DNA from: Eledone cirrhosa
Lineage: Eukaryota
Reading direction: 5' to 3'
NCBI GenBank assembly: GCA_964016885.1
Contig: OZ024741.1
Location: forward strand, 315,270,001 to 315,334,000
Length of the DNA: 64,000 bases
Part shown: positions 63,065 through 64,000 of the stretch, piece by piece
Position numbering within the stretch: position 1 is the stretch's first letter
Layout: each line of letters opens with the position of its first letter
The notes under the pieces: model-generated
Told to the model about the DNA's origin: nothing
What the model saw: only the letters and a program-made list of their open reading frames with translations
The model's database searches: none
Translations under genes and position numbers: made by a program

Positions 63065-63173
63065 GAACACGCACATATACATACATACACGTGCATATTT
63101 ATGAATACACACGCCATAAACACATGGTGAGGTAAAATACCAGGTGGACCATAACCCCCCACAGTACTGAATA
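62914..63173. repeat. Inverted-repeat element (about 55-bp arms) enclosing a (TA)n-rich spacer
   Basis: TATTCAGTACTCTGGTGGGTTATGGTCCACCTGGTATTTTACCTCACCATGTG versus CACATGGTGAGGTAAAATACCAGGTGGACCATAACCCCCCACAGTACTGAATA. Confidence 0.85.
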
Positions 63174-63222
63174 CTTGATATAGTAGAGTGGGTAATATGA
63201 AAAGATTCAGGACCTCCACTTT

Positions 63223-63289
63223 TGAGCTCCGGTCGTTTCGTCAGCTAGATCTGGAGTTCGGATCTAGCTGTCGAAACGACCGGAGCTCA
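63223..63289. repeat. 67-nt near-perfect hairpin
   Basis: TGAGCTCCGGTCGTTTCG-T-CAGCTAGATC...GATCTAGCTG-T-CGAAACGACCGGAGCTCA. Confidence 0.85.
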
Positions 63290-63594
63290 GCCGTCGGGGT
63301 CCAGAAGCATTTGATATATATATATATATATATATAATTAGGGATCAAAGAATCAGTTTTGCATCATATACATATTTAATGGCATATTACATATCTCCCT
63401 GCCGATCAGTTGCTCGAGGAACGAGCGATTATGTTCGTTCCGGACTCTGGAATCGAAAGCTCCTCAGATATGATGCAACACTGGTTCTTTGTCCCCTAAT
63501 TATTAATGATACTCTGCTCCCGAATAACATAGGATACTCATCTTGACATACCGACTGTGAACGCAATCCAATATCACCCTTTACTACTACTATA

Positions 63595-63704
<110 letters not shown>

Positions 63705-63835
63705 ATTAAAAATGCTTTAAAGCGTCGAAATATCCGTACCACCCAACACACCCGTTCTTGCGTTCTTCTTACTCTCATTCCATTTTTAAGCCTAACTTAA
63801 CTAGCAACTACACATCCGCCATGTTCTCTCTCTCT

Positions 63836-63971
<136 letters not shown>

Positions 63972-64000
63972 TATGAAGAGAGAAGAAACATTTAGATATA

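Overview
This is repeat-dominated animal genomic DNA: AT-rich with abundant (TA)n, (CA)n and (ATT)n microsatellites. The repeat types fit a cephalopod mollusc (inference only). There are no prokaryotic features, and most long ORFs in the track are decayed retrotransposon pieces or microsatellite artefacts. Host content: three in-phase + strand exons (EGF-like repeat 6713-6844, transmembrane 28151-28259, short cytoplasmic tail and stop 31368-31431) of a MEGF10/SCARF-like type I membrane protein, plus a probable signal-peptide first exon (58834-58897) of a second gene. Mobile content: R4/Dong-type RLE LINEs, at least ten Tx1-type L1 copies, Penelope-like elements (PLEs) with hammerhead ribozyme motifs, CR1 and RTE fragments, two tRNA-derived SINE families, a hAT MITE and a mariner fragment. 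No element looks intact. The main pattern is an (ATT)n/(AAT)n microsatellite niche shared by three elements. Tx1 LINEs and a SINE with a Tx1-like 3' tail stack head-to-tail on the ATT strand, while Dong elements sit on the opposite strand and meet them tail-to-tail four times. Secondary patterns are several PLE hammerheads (one canonical, one variant core present twice) and recurrent fold-back duplications. All alignments and coordinates were read by eye, and TE ends are approximate.
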